A DNA stretch of 62,911 nucleotides, counting the filler, from Octopus bimaculoides (taxonomy: Eukaryota): the NCBI RefSeq assembly GCF_001194135.2. It is 6 parts of 6 records of this genome, joined end to end, with 100 filler letters (N's around TTAATTAATTAA, not from the genome) between each part and the next. Parts side by side here need not be neighbours in the genome. Positions count along the whole stretch, not along the records: positions 44,939 to 53,823 come from NC_068985.1; positions 53,924 to 58,541 come from NC_069004.1; positions 58,642 to 62,911 come from NC_068987.1; 3 more parts are not named here. One strand, 5' to 3'. A model generated the notes under the pieces. The model saw nothing but the letters and a program-made list of their open reading frames with translations, was not told the origin of the DNA and did not search any database. Position numbers and translations under genes: made by a program. Numbering within the stretch: position 1 is the stretch's first letter; each line of letters opens with the position of its first letter. This document shows positions 52,121 through 62,911 of the stretch, piece after piece.

Positions 52121-52499
52121 TTCAACTTGAAATTGTTTAAGAAGAACATTAACCACATCAAAGAGCATATGACAATTACAGGCATAGCCCCTTTCTACAG
52201 ATTAAACCAAAAAAAGAAAAAGAATTAAAATTATTTGCTATGTCTAAACGGAAATAACAATTATAGTTAGTTTTCAACAGTATGATAAAAGCCTTTGAAT
52301 GATGTAAAAATGTGATACTAATTAACAGAATGTAAATGTTACAAAGCTAGGTTGGTTTTAAGCTGCTAAGTAAATTGGTTATGTTACTTAGAGCAAAATC
52401 CAATCCCTGATACTCTTGTATGAACTTATAAAAAAACAAAATTATTTCAAATAAATGTTTTTAAATTAGGTACAAGACCAACAATTTTAAGAGTAGGGC

Positions 52500-53010
52500 T
52501 TAGTTGGGTACATTGTTCCCACTTGACTGGTGCTTTAAATTACTAACTCCCAAAAAAGAGGAAAATCAAAGTTGACCTCAGGAGGAGTTTAACTTAGAAT
52601 GTACACAACTGGAACAAATACCATAAGGTATTTTTCGGATATTTTCATTAAATAATAAACCTTGTTCTGACATATACAAACAAATCTCTACAAAAACTTA
52701 CTTTCGACGATTTCGAAATTCCTCTGGCATCATTGGAGAACCATACAACTTGAGCTTCCAGTAGTTAATTATGCCAAATTGTTTGTCAGATATATCTGCA
52801 GGGAACAAATAATTGAAAAAGAAAACTCAGTCATGTCTTAAAAATGTACTAATGCTAAACTTAGTGAAAGAAGCTACTTGAATTTTAATGTCACCCAAAT
52901 ACTAGTTTCAAACCTTAGCACAAGGCTGCCAATTTTGGGGGAAGGGGGTATGTTAATTACACCAACCCCAGTACTTGTCTGGTACTTATTTTATTGACTC
53001 TGAGAGGATA
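52500..53010 (-). mobile_element. Two diverged SINE family 'A' copies flanking the 94-nt exon (~52490-52640, ~52900-53010)
   Basis: Reverse-complement A body: GTTGACCTCAGGAGGAGTTTAAC; CCCAGTACTTGTCTGGTACTTATTTTATTGAC. Confidence 0.6.
52702..52795 (-). CDS. PCSK7: PC7-like convertase, exon encoding the end of the P-domain (94 nt)
   Basis: TTTGTTCCCTGCAG|AT..AA|GTAAGT. ISDKQFGIINYWKLKLYGSPMMPEEFRNRR carries the G....W.L.LYGS P-domain end motif (PC7: GILRQWQLTLYGS..DIRDRQR). Confidence 0.85.
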
Positions 53011-53364
53011 CTGAATATGTCTACCTGCTGGAAATAACAGTCAAAACTCTTATTTAAATCACCAAAATACACTGATGATCTTTACAGAAACTTCAGTAAC
53101 AATCTTCCACCCAGGTTCCAAAACCGCAACTCCAAATCACCATACAAACACCAGTTGCTGATGTCACCTACCTTTAGTTCAATGAAATTTTACAAACACC
53201 AGTTGCTGACCACGTTACTGGAATATCCCAGAAACAGCTGTAATACTTTAAAAATTGCTGAATTATTTTTAATAATAATAACATATACGATTTGCAATGT
53301 CTCAGCTTGGTGTTTGTTTTCCTTTCCAACAAATTGATTGATATGTATATATATATATCATCAT

Positions 53365-53815
53365 CATCATCATCACCATTTAATGTCGCTTTCCATGCTA
53401 GCATGGGTTGGATGATTTGACTGGGGACTGGCGAAGCAGATGGCTACACCAGACTCAAATCTGATCTGGCATAGTTTCTACAGCTAGATGCCCTTCCTAA
53501 TGCCAACCACTCCGAGAGTGTAGTGAGTGCTTTTTATGTGCCACCAGCACGAGGGCCAGTCCAGTGGTACTGGCAACGGCCACGCTCCAATGGTGTTTTT
53601 TATGTGCCACCTGCACAGGAGTCAGCCAATGTTTTGTTCACATGCTACTGGCACAAGTGCCAGTAAGGTGAAGCTGGAAACGATCGTGCTCAAATGATGC
53701 TTTTTACATGCTACCAGCATGGGAGTGAGACCGCTGCTCTGGCAGTGATCCCGCTTGGATGGTGCTGTCAGCGCTCCACTGGCATGAGTGCCAGTCATCA
53801 AATTTGGTTCAGTTT
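53365..53815 (-). mobile_element. Retroelement tail family 'D'
   Basis: (ATC)n, then the reverse complement of the 34640-34830 tail (GCTTTCCATGCTAGCATGGGTTGG..GATGCCCTTCCTAATGCCAACCAC), plus the GTGCCAC internal repeats. Confidence 0.75.
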
Positions 53816-53941
53816 CAATATATNNNNNNNNNNNNNNNNNNNNNNNNNNNNNNNNNNNNNNNNNNNNTTAATTAATTAANNNNNNNNNNNNNNNNNNNNN
53901 NNNNNNNNNNNNNNNNNNNNNNNTATATATGGATATATACG

Positions 53942-53983
<42 letters not shown>

Positions 53984-54719
53984 ATCTTAACAGATATTTA
54001 GAGTATTTAGGAAATTATTACTTGATACTGTTACCATATTTAGAGAATGATTTGTTGAGAAGCGATCTTATCACACATCCACGCCGAGCGTTCTTGTGAT
54101 ATATTAATAGACCAATGGCAACCAAACTTTTATGAGATAGCAGAGTAGACTCTTGGATGTGGATGAAAAAAATGTTTGCAATATAGACCTTCCTAAACAA
54201 ATTAACGTGACCGTCATGGATGGAATGACTTTCATGAGACGCCAGCTTTATCAGAGCTCCCGTATGCTTAACCACCATCACTAGCAACAAGGCCCTCTTA
54301 ACACCTAACATTTCCCGTCTGTGTCTCTTTTTGCTGAGCGAATTTTTCTGGGTGTTAGGTGACGTAATTTTCCTCTTAGACTTTATTCTAGAGCGTCCAT
54401 TAGCTTACAATGCATATCTCTGTTTGTTGGCTGACCTTTAGAGTGTTGGTCAAATTACTTAGCGGTAGTAAGAAAGGAAAGAGAACGATAAGTGCATATG
54501 AATATATATATATATGTGTGTGTGTGTGTTTATGTATGTGCGTATACACACACACGCACACACAAAGACGTGTAAAAAGACACGTTTTGATACGATATAT
54601 CGGGTACTACACGATATTCTTCTTCTTCTTCTTCTTCTTCTTCTTCTTCTTCTTCTTCTTCTTCTTTTCCTCCTCCTCCTCCTCCTCATCATCACCATCA
54701 TCAACATTATCATTATTAT

Positions 54720-54890
54720 TGCAGAATCGCTAGCACACCGAGCGAAATCCTTAGCGGCATTTCGTTCGTCTGTACGTTATGAGATCGAATTCCACCGAGG
54801 TCGACTTTGCCCTTCATCCGTATGACGTCGATAATATAATTACACCCACCCTGAATTTCAGGTTTTGTGCCTTTAATAGAAAAGATTATT
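54720..54890 (+). mobile_element. SINE family 'A'
   Basis: GCAGAATCGCTAGCACACCGAGCGAAATCCTTAGCGG..CCGAGGTCGACTTTGCC. Confidence 0.8.
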
Positions 54891-54895
54891 ATTAA

Positions 54896-54949
<54 letters not shown>

Positions 54950-55029
54950 GTAGAAAATTGCTATTTTTAAATCTCACAACGTGAGATATTCGGCAATTCA
55001 GATATTTGATGCCAGTTCATAACATCCCA

Positions 55030-55545
55030 GAATTAAACACCGCATCGCATTTTATATGATGCAATAAGTACAAACCCCATTCAGCGTCTGCTGAGTAAAT
55101 TTTGGCTGCTATTAATTCTATTATATCGAGTAACCTCGTAGAGGGTCCCACGATGGCTTATGGTAATGCGAAAAATATTTAATAGACACAGAATAACCAG
55201 AACAAATAGGTTGGAGATTCTTGTAGCTACTTTACTCTCCATTAACGCGAAGAAACTTTTGCCAGTTCCATTATCTATCGAACTTTGGTTTACCATAATA
55301 AATAGCTTCAATTATGGAAGTTTTAAAGCGTATATTTTCGAACAAGTTAGGAAATGTGTCTATCCAATATTCTATAGCTTCTGATTTTAGAGTCTGAAAT
55401 ATATTAAAATAGAGATTGGTTCAAACGAGTAAAACTAAGAGTCTTCCGTTTTCGGTTTCTTCCAGTAAATGATTCCGGAAGCCATTGTTAAATTCTAAAT
55501 GAGCTATTAAATGAATACTGCAAGGTTTTAAAATGCTATCTATAC
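55030..55545 (-). mobile_element. Decayed Penelope-like element reverse transcriptase fragment
   Basis: Minus frames give ILKPC..FRNHL..LLV..TNLYFNI..EAIEYWIDTFP..IIEAI..LMESKVATRISNL (cf. PLE RT DV.NLY.NIP..EAIEYW..GTAMGTKVAP.YANL). Confidence 0.65.
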
Positions 55546-55924
55546 TCTTTGTATTTTGAAAGACGGTCCATTGCGTCTTGTTATTGTTGCTGCTGTTACT
55601 ATTTTTGCTGTTGTTGTTGTTGTTATTGTTGCTAACTCATACATCATTCTACATAGAACAGAGCTATGAAAAAAAAAATCCCATCCGTTACTATCACAAG
55701 TTTTTCTCGCGGTATAGCGTAACTAGGACAATCTAAGTTCACGTGTTCTTCATTTCTAAGAGAGCAAGGTATAGTGTAACGGTGGGTGGGCTCCTGTTTC
55801 TGGCTGGTTGAGTTACCACATAAAAAAAATCTGATGTAGGCTCGGCTAAATCTTTTATTGGTGAACATTTATTTTATTTTAGTCATTTAATATTTTGCTC
55901 TAAATAATTAACCAAAAATGATGA

Positions 55925-56290
55925 CAGACAAAATTGACCTCGGTGGGATTTGAACTCATGTCCCGAAGAGAGACGAAACGCCGCTAAACATTTTTCCTGG
56001 CCTGTTAACAATTCCGCTACCACGCCGTATTATTAATCTAAAACATGTTAACTAGTTTAATTGTTAGTGTTTTATATTAATTAAGGCCACGGGTTGGCAG
56101 AATTATTACCACACCGGAAAAATTGCTTAGCAACATTTCTTCCGATTTTACGTTCTCAGTTCAAATGCAACCGGAGTCGACTTTACTGTTCATCCTTCGG
56201 GGTCCGATGAAAAAAGTACCATTTGAACACTAGGGTCAATTATGATCGATTTACCCCCTCCCTTGTAAATTCCTGACCATGTATCGAAAT
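55925..56290. mobile_element. Divergent (head-to-head) pair of SINE family 'A': ~55925-56025(-) and ~56090-56290(+)
   Basis: Reverse-complement head, then GGCAGAATTATTACCACACCGG..GTTCAAATGC..GTCGACTTT. Confidence 0.7.
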
Positions 56291-56719
56291 CTTAAATCAA
56301 TATTTTGCATTAATATTCCCTGTCGTAGAATAGCAACATTATATCGCTGTATGGGATAAAGGACGGAGAAAGGGTTTAGCAACAAGAATGATCCGTGGCT
56401 ACGAAACACTGCTTGTAAACAGAAAACCATTCTAAGTAAGATAAAGAACACAGGCGGTACCTCTAGAGACGTTAGGAAGGGATTTCAATGCAAAAGGCCA
56501 GAGATTCAGTAATTTGCCAGTGCACCAGTTCGCAATCCCATCAAAGTAACCGACTCACCATCCTCAGATCTTAGACTTTTTAAGTAAGCCTAACCTGTTT
56601 TACATCCTCTTTTGGGCGTTTAGATGCAGGAAAAGGGCTACTAGGTGAGGAAGGAAAGAAGGTGTACCGGAATGGAGATGCGGAGGCAGATGTTAACATT
56701 ATCATTTTTATTATCCAAC

Positions 56720-56920
56720 GATGGCGGCGAGCTGGCAGAATCGTTAGCACGCTGAACGAAATGCTTAGCGGTATTTCTCCCGTCACTACGTTCTGGGTTC
56801 AAATTCCACGGAGTTCAACTTTACCTTTTGAGGTCGATAAAATAAGTACCAGTTGAACACTGAGGGTTCGATGTTATTAACTCTCCCCAAATCACTACTC
56901 TTGTGGCAAAATTTGAAACC
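56720..56920 (+). mobile_element. SINE family 'A'
   Basis: GGCGGCGAGCTGGCAGAATCGTTAGCACG..GGTTCAAATTCC..GATAAAATAAGTACCAG. Confidence 0.85.
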
Positions 56921-57750
56921 ATTACTATTTTTATTGTTTCTGTCTGTAGTATAAAGGATTATTCTTGTTATTGACGTCTTTTTGCTGCTGTTTCGTAGTC
57001 CGGGATTAACACTGTTATAGCAGACATGATTAGGTAGAAAGAAGCGTATATTGTAAATAGATAGCATTGTACAAGGTGTCCATTGTTTGGGGGGAAAATG
57101 TAGAAAATGAGATCAGGAAGAAGAGGCTTAGATTTCTAGGAGGTCGAGCGACTGCTAGGTGATCTTTTGCTGCTCAAATTAAATATTTATGCACTTACAG
57201 TGCTTATAATCTGACAACAGAATTCTGATTCTGGAAGAATTATATTGTGTGTGTGGATATGTGCGTATGGGTGAACATAGATGTGTATGTAAGCATGTAT
57301 ATATGAATATATATATATATATATANNNNNNNNNNNNNNNNNNNNNNNNNNNNNNNNNNNNNNNNNNNNNNNNNNNNNNNNNNNNNNNNNNNNNNNNNNN
57401 NNNNNNNNNNNNNNNNNNNNNNNNNNNNNNNNNNNNNNNNNNNNNNNNNNNNNNNNNNNNNNNNNNNNNNNNNNNNNNNNNNNNNNNNNNNNNNNNNNNN
57501 NNNNNNNNNNNNNNNNNNNNNNNNNNNNNNNNNNNNNNNNNNNNNNNNNNNNNNNNNNNNNNNNNNNNNNNNNNNNNNNNNNNNNNNNNNNNNNNNNNNN
57601 NNNNNNNNNNNNNNNNNNNNNNNNNNNNNNNNNNNNNNNNNNNNNNNNNNNNNNNNNNNNNNNNNNNNNNNNNNNNNNNNNNNNNNNNNNNNNNNNNNNN
57701 NNNNNNNNNNNNNNNNNNNNNNNNNNNNNNNNNNNNNNNNNNNNNNNNNN

Positions 57751-57787
<37 letters not shown>

Positions 57788-59382
57788 CATACACACACAG
57801 ACACGCATGTATATACATGTAAGTTTCAAAGAAAGAATCGCATACACACACGCACACATGCACGCATGCACACATGCAAACACAAAGAGACAGACAAACA
57901 GACAGATAGGTAAGTAGATATGGTCATGTGGGTCGCAGAGTTTCGTCATCAAGAGAAAATGCTAAGGAACAATGGAATGCATAATTTTACGTTCATTATC
58001 ATAACGAAAATAATTCATTTAGCAAACCTAAATATATATAAAATAAATTACAGATATTAGATTTCTTTGTTAAGTTATATTAAATAATCAATAATGCATT
58101 CTATGATATTAATATTCGTTCTTATGAAAAATTTTTTATTCTATAATATGTATTCTCAAGATACATATTAAAAAAAAAGAAGTTTAGGCAAACGATTTCA
58201 CATTCAGACTCTTTAAAAGACAAATACAAAATTTAATATTTTCATTTTCTATGAATTCCGTTCGTAATATTTCTAACCCTTTTAAGTAGCTGGATTGAAT
58301 CGGCACCAGGATACGAGTTGAATTTAATTCTTTGCACAGTTTACGAATGCCTCCATATTCTATTAAAATGTCATCCAATTTCGTTTTTCTATTTCAGACT
58401 CTGTGGATTGAGAAATTATCTAATATTATTAGCGGAAGCAAAATCTAATTGGATTCCAATGCTCCCGCCGTCGTATTGAATTTATTTAATATTCTTTATA
58501 TCTTTTTCTAATATTCACTTTTTCTGCTTATCTCTCTGCATNNNNNNNNNNNNNNNNNNNNNNNNNNNNNNNNNNNNNNNNNNNNTTAATTAATTAANNN
58601 NNNNNNNNNNNNNNNNNNNNNNNNNNNNNNNNNNNNNNNNNTATATCAGAAGCGATGCCAGGTCATCAGCGTCGCTCGGGCTCATCACAGAATTTGCATA
58701 AGACATGCCTGCTCGAAGAGTTTCACGTTTTCCGCAATCTTTCTCGTCGCTATTTTTTTTTTTTTTTTATCTAGCACTATGTCTTTCTCCATATCTAAGC
58801 TAAGGATAAAAAAATAAAGCAACCCTGTAAAACACAACTGAGCTCTACATACAGACGCACAGAATCAGAGCAATCAAAGAACACCAGCGGAATGCACGAC
58901 AAACATCAGCGATCTGACTGTCGCACACACCTACCAACATATTAACTCGAGTTGCTGGATAATTTTTCGTTCCTTTAAGTATATTGTAGAACGGAAACTT
59001 TTCATAGATTGGAATTTAAATCCTAATCCCTATAGAATTTTGTTGTTTCACAAAACATTGAATTTGAATTACTTTTAATTTTTACGATTATACATAACAA
59101 CTCAGGCGCTAACTTTTGAGCCCGAGTCAGGCGGGTGTGAACCATGTCGAGAGAACGTCTGCTACGAATGGTACTTTTTGACACAAGGCACTTCTAAGAC
59201 GGCCACCAGACGCTGAACGAAAATAAACGAACTGCGACAAGGCTCTATAAAAGGACCCTGAGTTATTAGCTAAAATTATATACTAGAAGTCAGTATTGGC
59301 AGAAATTAAATCAGCTTGGAAATACACATTCATTTTACTATATTTATAAATCATATATATTTATAAATCATATATACATATA

Positions 59383-60472
59383 TCAGGTCATCCCATAAGT
59401 TCTGTCTGATTTTACATTTTTTAAAAATTGAATGAAATTTAATAGTATATTTAATAGTATTTTAGAATGTCTAATGGAATTAAAAATTATTTTTATGCAT
59501 TTGTGTTCATTTAAATTAATTAAATATTATTTTACAGACAAATGGAATGAAAATTTCTTCGATTAAAACTATTTCTAACATGGAAGTATCCAAAGAGCAT
59601 TTAAGGCACATAATGCTTTATGAGTACAAAAAAAGGAAACTCTGCAGCCGAAGCGACTCGAAACATATACTCAGTTTATGGGAAAGAATGCTTGAATGAA
59701 AGAACTTGCAGAAGATGGTTTACAAAATTCAGAAGTGAAGATTTCAGCCTTGAAAATGAAGATCGAACAAGATGTCTAGTTGAGTTTGATGATAAGTTCC
59801 TTCCGGTATTACTTGAAGAAAATCCTGCATTATCAGTCGAAGAATTGGCGATAAAGCTTAGTTCAAACCATCGTCATCTTCAACAACTTGGAAAGAGGTT
59901 CCTAAACTTGTAAAATGGGTGCCTCATGAATTGTCCGAAAGCAACCGCAAATCCCGAGTTGACATCTGCTCTTCTCTCCATTCTCGCGAACTCATTTCAT
60001 CCTTTTTGGATAGACTTGTGATTGGTGACGAAAAATGGATCTTCTATCGAAATGTTAAACGTTGTAAACAGTGGCTTGGTAAAAGGAAAAAAAGCTCAAC
60101 CACAGCCAAGAAGGGAACTTCATGGGGAAAAGGTACTTCTCTCTATCTGGTGGGATTGCAAAGGAGTAATTCACTTTGAATTGTTACCACCTAGTGCAAC
60201 AATCAATGCTTAAGTCTACTGTCAGTAATTAGTGCGTTTGAACCAAGCTTTGAAGAAAAAAGACCCGCTTTAGTGAATCGAAAAGGAGTGATATTTCATC
60301 AGGACGATGTGTGACCCCACACTCACATCACAGAACATTGAAGAGCTTATTTGGGATAAAATTCCTCATCCACCTTATTCTCCCGACCTTGGTCCTTCAG
60401 ACTACCATTTGTTTCGTAGTTTACAGAATCATTTGGGGGACATAACTTTCGCAAGCCAGGAGGAGCTCGAAA

Positions 60473-60477
<5 letters not shown>
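59383..60477 (+). mobile_element. Decayed mariner (Mos1/SETMAR-like), 3' end lost in (TA)n
   Basis: TA|TCAGGTCATCCCATAAG left end. ATG at 59580: MEVSKEHLRHIML..WVPHELS..GDEKWIFY..LSIWWDCKG..FHQDD..HPPYSPDLGPSDYHLFRSLQNHL; frameshifts and stops. Confidence 0.9.
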
Positions 60478-60504
<27 letters not shown>

Positions 60505-60507
<3 letters not shown>

Positions 60508-60615
60508 TGACATGGTGCAGTACTCTAGAAGACACTTGCCTGAGATGCGATTCAATGTGACTGAACAAAGCACCAAAGGGTTGCTAAGCGAACTTCTTAA
60601 CCACTTACACATGCA
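60505..60615 (-). mobile_element. SINE family 'B' head fragment
   Basis: AGAAGACACTTGCC..GACTGAAC..AACTTCTTAACCAC is the reverse complement of the B head. Confidence 0.65.
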
Positions 60616-62143
60616 TACATATATAAAGATACGCATGTACTCGCGCGCACATACACACACACATGTATGTATGTACACACACGCATATATATATANNNNN
60701 NNNNNNNNNNNNNNNNNNNNNNNNNNNNNNNNNNNNNNNNNNNNNNNNNNNNNNNNNNNNNNNNNNNNNNNNNNNNNNNNNNNNNNNNNNNNNNNNNNNN
60801 NNNNNNNNNNNNNNNNNNNNNNNNNNNNNNNNNNNNNNNNNNNNNNNNNNNNNNNNNNNNNNNNNNNNNNNNNNNNNNNNNNNNNNNNNNNNNNNNNNNN
60901 NNNNNNNNNNNNNNNNNNNNNNNNNNNNNNNNNNNNNNNNNNNNNNNNNNNNNNNNNNNNNNNNNNNNNNNNNNNNNNNNNNNNNNNNNNNNNNNNNNNN
61001 NNNNNNNNNNNNNNNNNNNNNNNNNNNNNNNNNNNNNNNNNNNNNNNNNNNNNNNNNNNNNNNNNNNNNNNNNNNNNNNNNNNNNNNNNNNNNNNNNNNN
61101 NNNNNNNNNNNNNNNNNNNNNNNNNNNNNNNNNNNNNNNNNNNNNNNNNNNNNNNNNNNNNNNNNNTATACATGTATGTATTAACTATGTGAGTATTTAT
61201 ATATACATGCACATGGAGATTTGTTATCTGTATAAGAGAAGAGAAATCTAAGATCGTGGGAGAGAAAGAGATTGAATGAGGTGCTGTTGTTTTCTTTCAA
61301 GTGAGTCATTTCAGTTACGATGGAAGATAAAGAATGGGGAGTAAACATCCGAACCAGGTACAGCTCGTATTTAAAAAAACAACAACACAAAACTAGGCAT
61401 GTCCATGGAAATTCCAGGCCTGATTTAAAAACTTAATTGCTGGAAGCTTATAGAGGGCTATAAAATATATAAATTCTTTTGAAATTATTTTTCTAAAATG
61501 TTTGGTCCTTGAGATAATGTAAAGTTGACACAGGTTGATCCCATGATGGAGTTTAAACAGAGAACATTTTTGAAAACTATATTCTTAGTTATTGACCAGT
61601 CACCTCTTCTATATTGAGACTTGTTACATATAACTTTAAGCTTTACGTTAAGTTAATGCAATCAAGAAAGAGCTATGTAGAACTTAATTGTCCACAAAGA
61701 AATAGTCATTCACCTCCCTTTATCTTTCATTTTGAATTTGATGTAAAAGTTATTGAAATGTGTTGAATGAATAACAATGTCAACGCGTTAAGCAATCTTA
61801 AGTATAGAGCATAATCGTAGATATAAGCTTTAATATTATTCTACTGTAATTGAAAAACACTGGTAATATTTTAACAAATCTTGAAACACCAAATGACATC
61901 GTTATTTCCCTATATGAGAAAATTGCATAACGTTGGGCTTGCACACAGAACGTATAACAGTACCTGTATCATACAATTACATTACTGATTACATATACAT
62001 TAGACAATATATTATATGGTTATGCTTCAGTTAAGGCTTGCTTATGTGCAACAATTGATATCTTAAAACCCCTACCGAAACATCTCCAGTGATCGAAAAA
62101 GCAATAGCTGCCCATTAAGCTGTTCGTTCCCAAAAATATATCT

Positions 62144-62211
<68 letters not shown>

Positions 62212-62762
62212 TACACACACACACATACACACACACACACACAAGCAGTAAGAAGCCCGCACACATACATACCCACACACATTCACACGCATATATGTGT
62301 ATGTAATAACTTCAAAAATATATTTTCAGTCAGTTATCTTGCGGATTACATAAATTTTGTTTATTATAAATCATGTTTTCGATTTCGTTTAATGCTAAAG
62401 GGTTGCAAAACGCAGTCACCAGCAGAATAGTATTTAAACTACAGAAATAAAATCAGATTTTCTATCCCCGGATTACAGCATTATACAAACTTGTAAATAT
62501 AATATCTACCGAGACAGACGAAATCTAATTTCCTGGAACCTCGTATCATGCAACTTTTATGTTTGAGGTTGACAATTGCCAGCCAACCTGACAGCTTGAA
62601 ATCAATGGTAGTTGATATTTAATGTAAATCTCATTACAGAATTCATTATATATGTGTAAGTGTGTATGTGTGAGTGTGTGCGCGCACGCACGCGTGTATA
62701 TATGTGAGTGAATGGACAAACGAAAGAAAGGCTCTCAATCAATTTATTGGGAGTTACATGTA

Positions 62763-62895
62763 TCGATCAAAACAGTTTGATTCAAATTCGTTTGTACTAT
62801 TGAGTTTCAAGCGTGATGCTAGTCGTCAGCCATTTTGAGCATCGCGCTTGAAACTCAAGAGTATCAACGAATTTGAATAAAACTCTTTTGATCGA
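62763..62895. other. Near-perfect 58-bp inverted repeat with a 17-nt loop (foldback/MITE-like)
   Basis: 62763-62820 vs reverse complement of 62838-62895: 52/58 identical by manual alignment; two of the differences are G-U compatible on the + strand. Confidence 0.85.
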
Positions 62896-62911
62896 CATAT
62901 ATATATATATA

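Noticed and set aside
58184-58378. ORF LDDILIEYGGIRKL.. as an RT (YxDD) fragment or exon
   Set aside because: Only the LDD triplet resembles RT, neighbouring motifs are absent, and there is no usable acceptor on that strand.
59240-59300. Promoter (CTATAAAAGG with downstream TCAGT)
   Set aside because: The TATA-to-Inr spacing of ~45 nt is too long and no linked exon was identified.
61302-61357. Small exon MEDKEWGVNIRT with AG/GT ends
   Set aside because: It is too short to distinguish from chance, the splice signals overlap ambiguously, and it has no partner exons or recognisable product.
1-62911. Most ORFs in the supplied track ([16 protein letters not shown], poly-X)
   Set aside because: They are translations of (TA)n, (TG)n, (GATA)n and (TACA)n microsatellites and of N gaps, which contain no stops.

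Overview
Eukaryotic, AT-rich, microsatellite-saturated draft-genome DNA with many N gaps. The SINE repertoire and (TA)n/(GATA)n/(TACA)n density look like an octopus or other coleoid cephalopod; this is inferred from memory, not database-confirmed. Five identical 100-bp artificial spacers (44 N + TTAATTAATTAA + 44 N) split the window into six joined pieces, so order and orientation across them are not guaranteed. The only well-supported host gene is the 3' end of a PCSK7/PC7-like proprotein convertase on the minus strand: three exons at 52795-52702, 51061-50947 and 49784-49389, with canonical splice sites and consistent phases. The rest is mostly decayed mobile DNA: CR1-, RTE-, R4/Dong/NeSL-like and Penelope-like retroelements, two mariners, a solo LTR, foldback/MITE-like hairpins, and many tRNA-type SINEs (labelled here A, B, C). 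Most ORFs in the supplied track are microsatellite or N-gap artefacts. The best second-look items are: (1) a minus-strand type-I hammerhead ribozyme motif with a palindromic stem III and an 89-nt stem II insert (5244-5357); (2) a ~14-copy 32-bp minisatellite made from the SINE-A Pol III B-box (17482-17924); (3) a CR1 LINE 3' tail that matches the SINE-B tail with a covarying stem-loop; (4) SINE-C copies that appear to carry different tails; (5) three foldback elements; (6) a sense-oriented solo LTR in the intron just before the PC7 transmembrane exon. Repeat boundaries are approximate unless TIRs, TSDs or splice sites are given.
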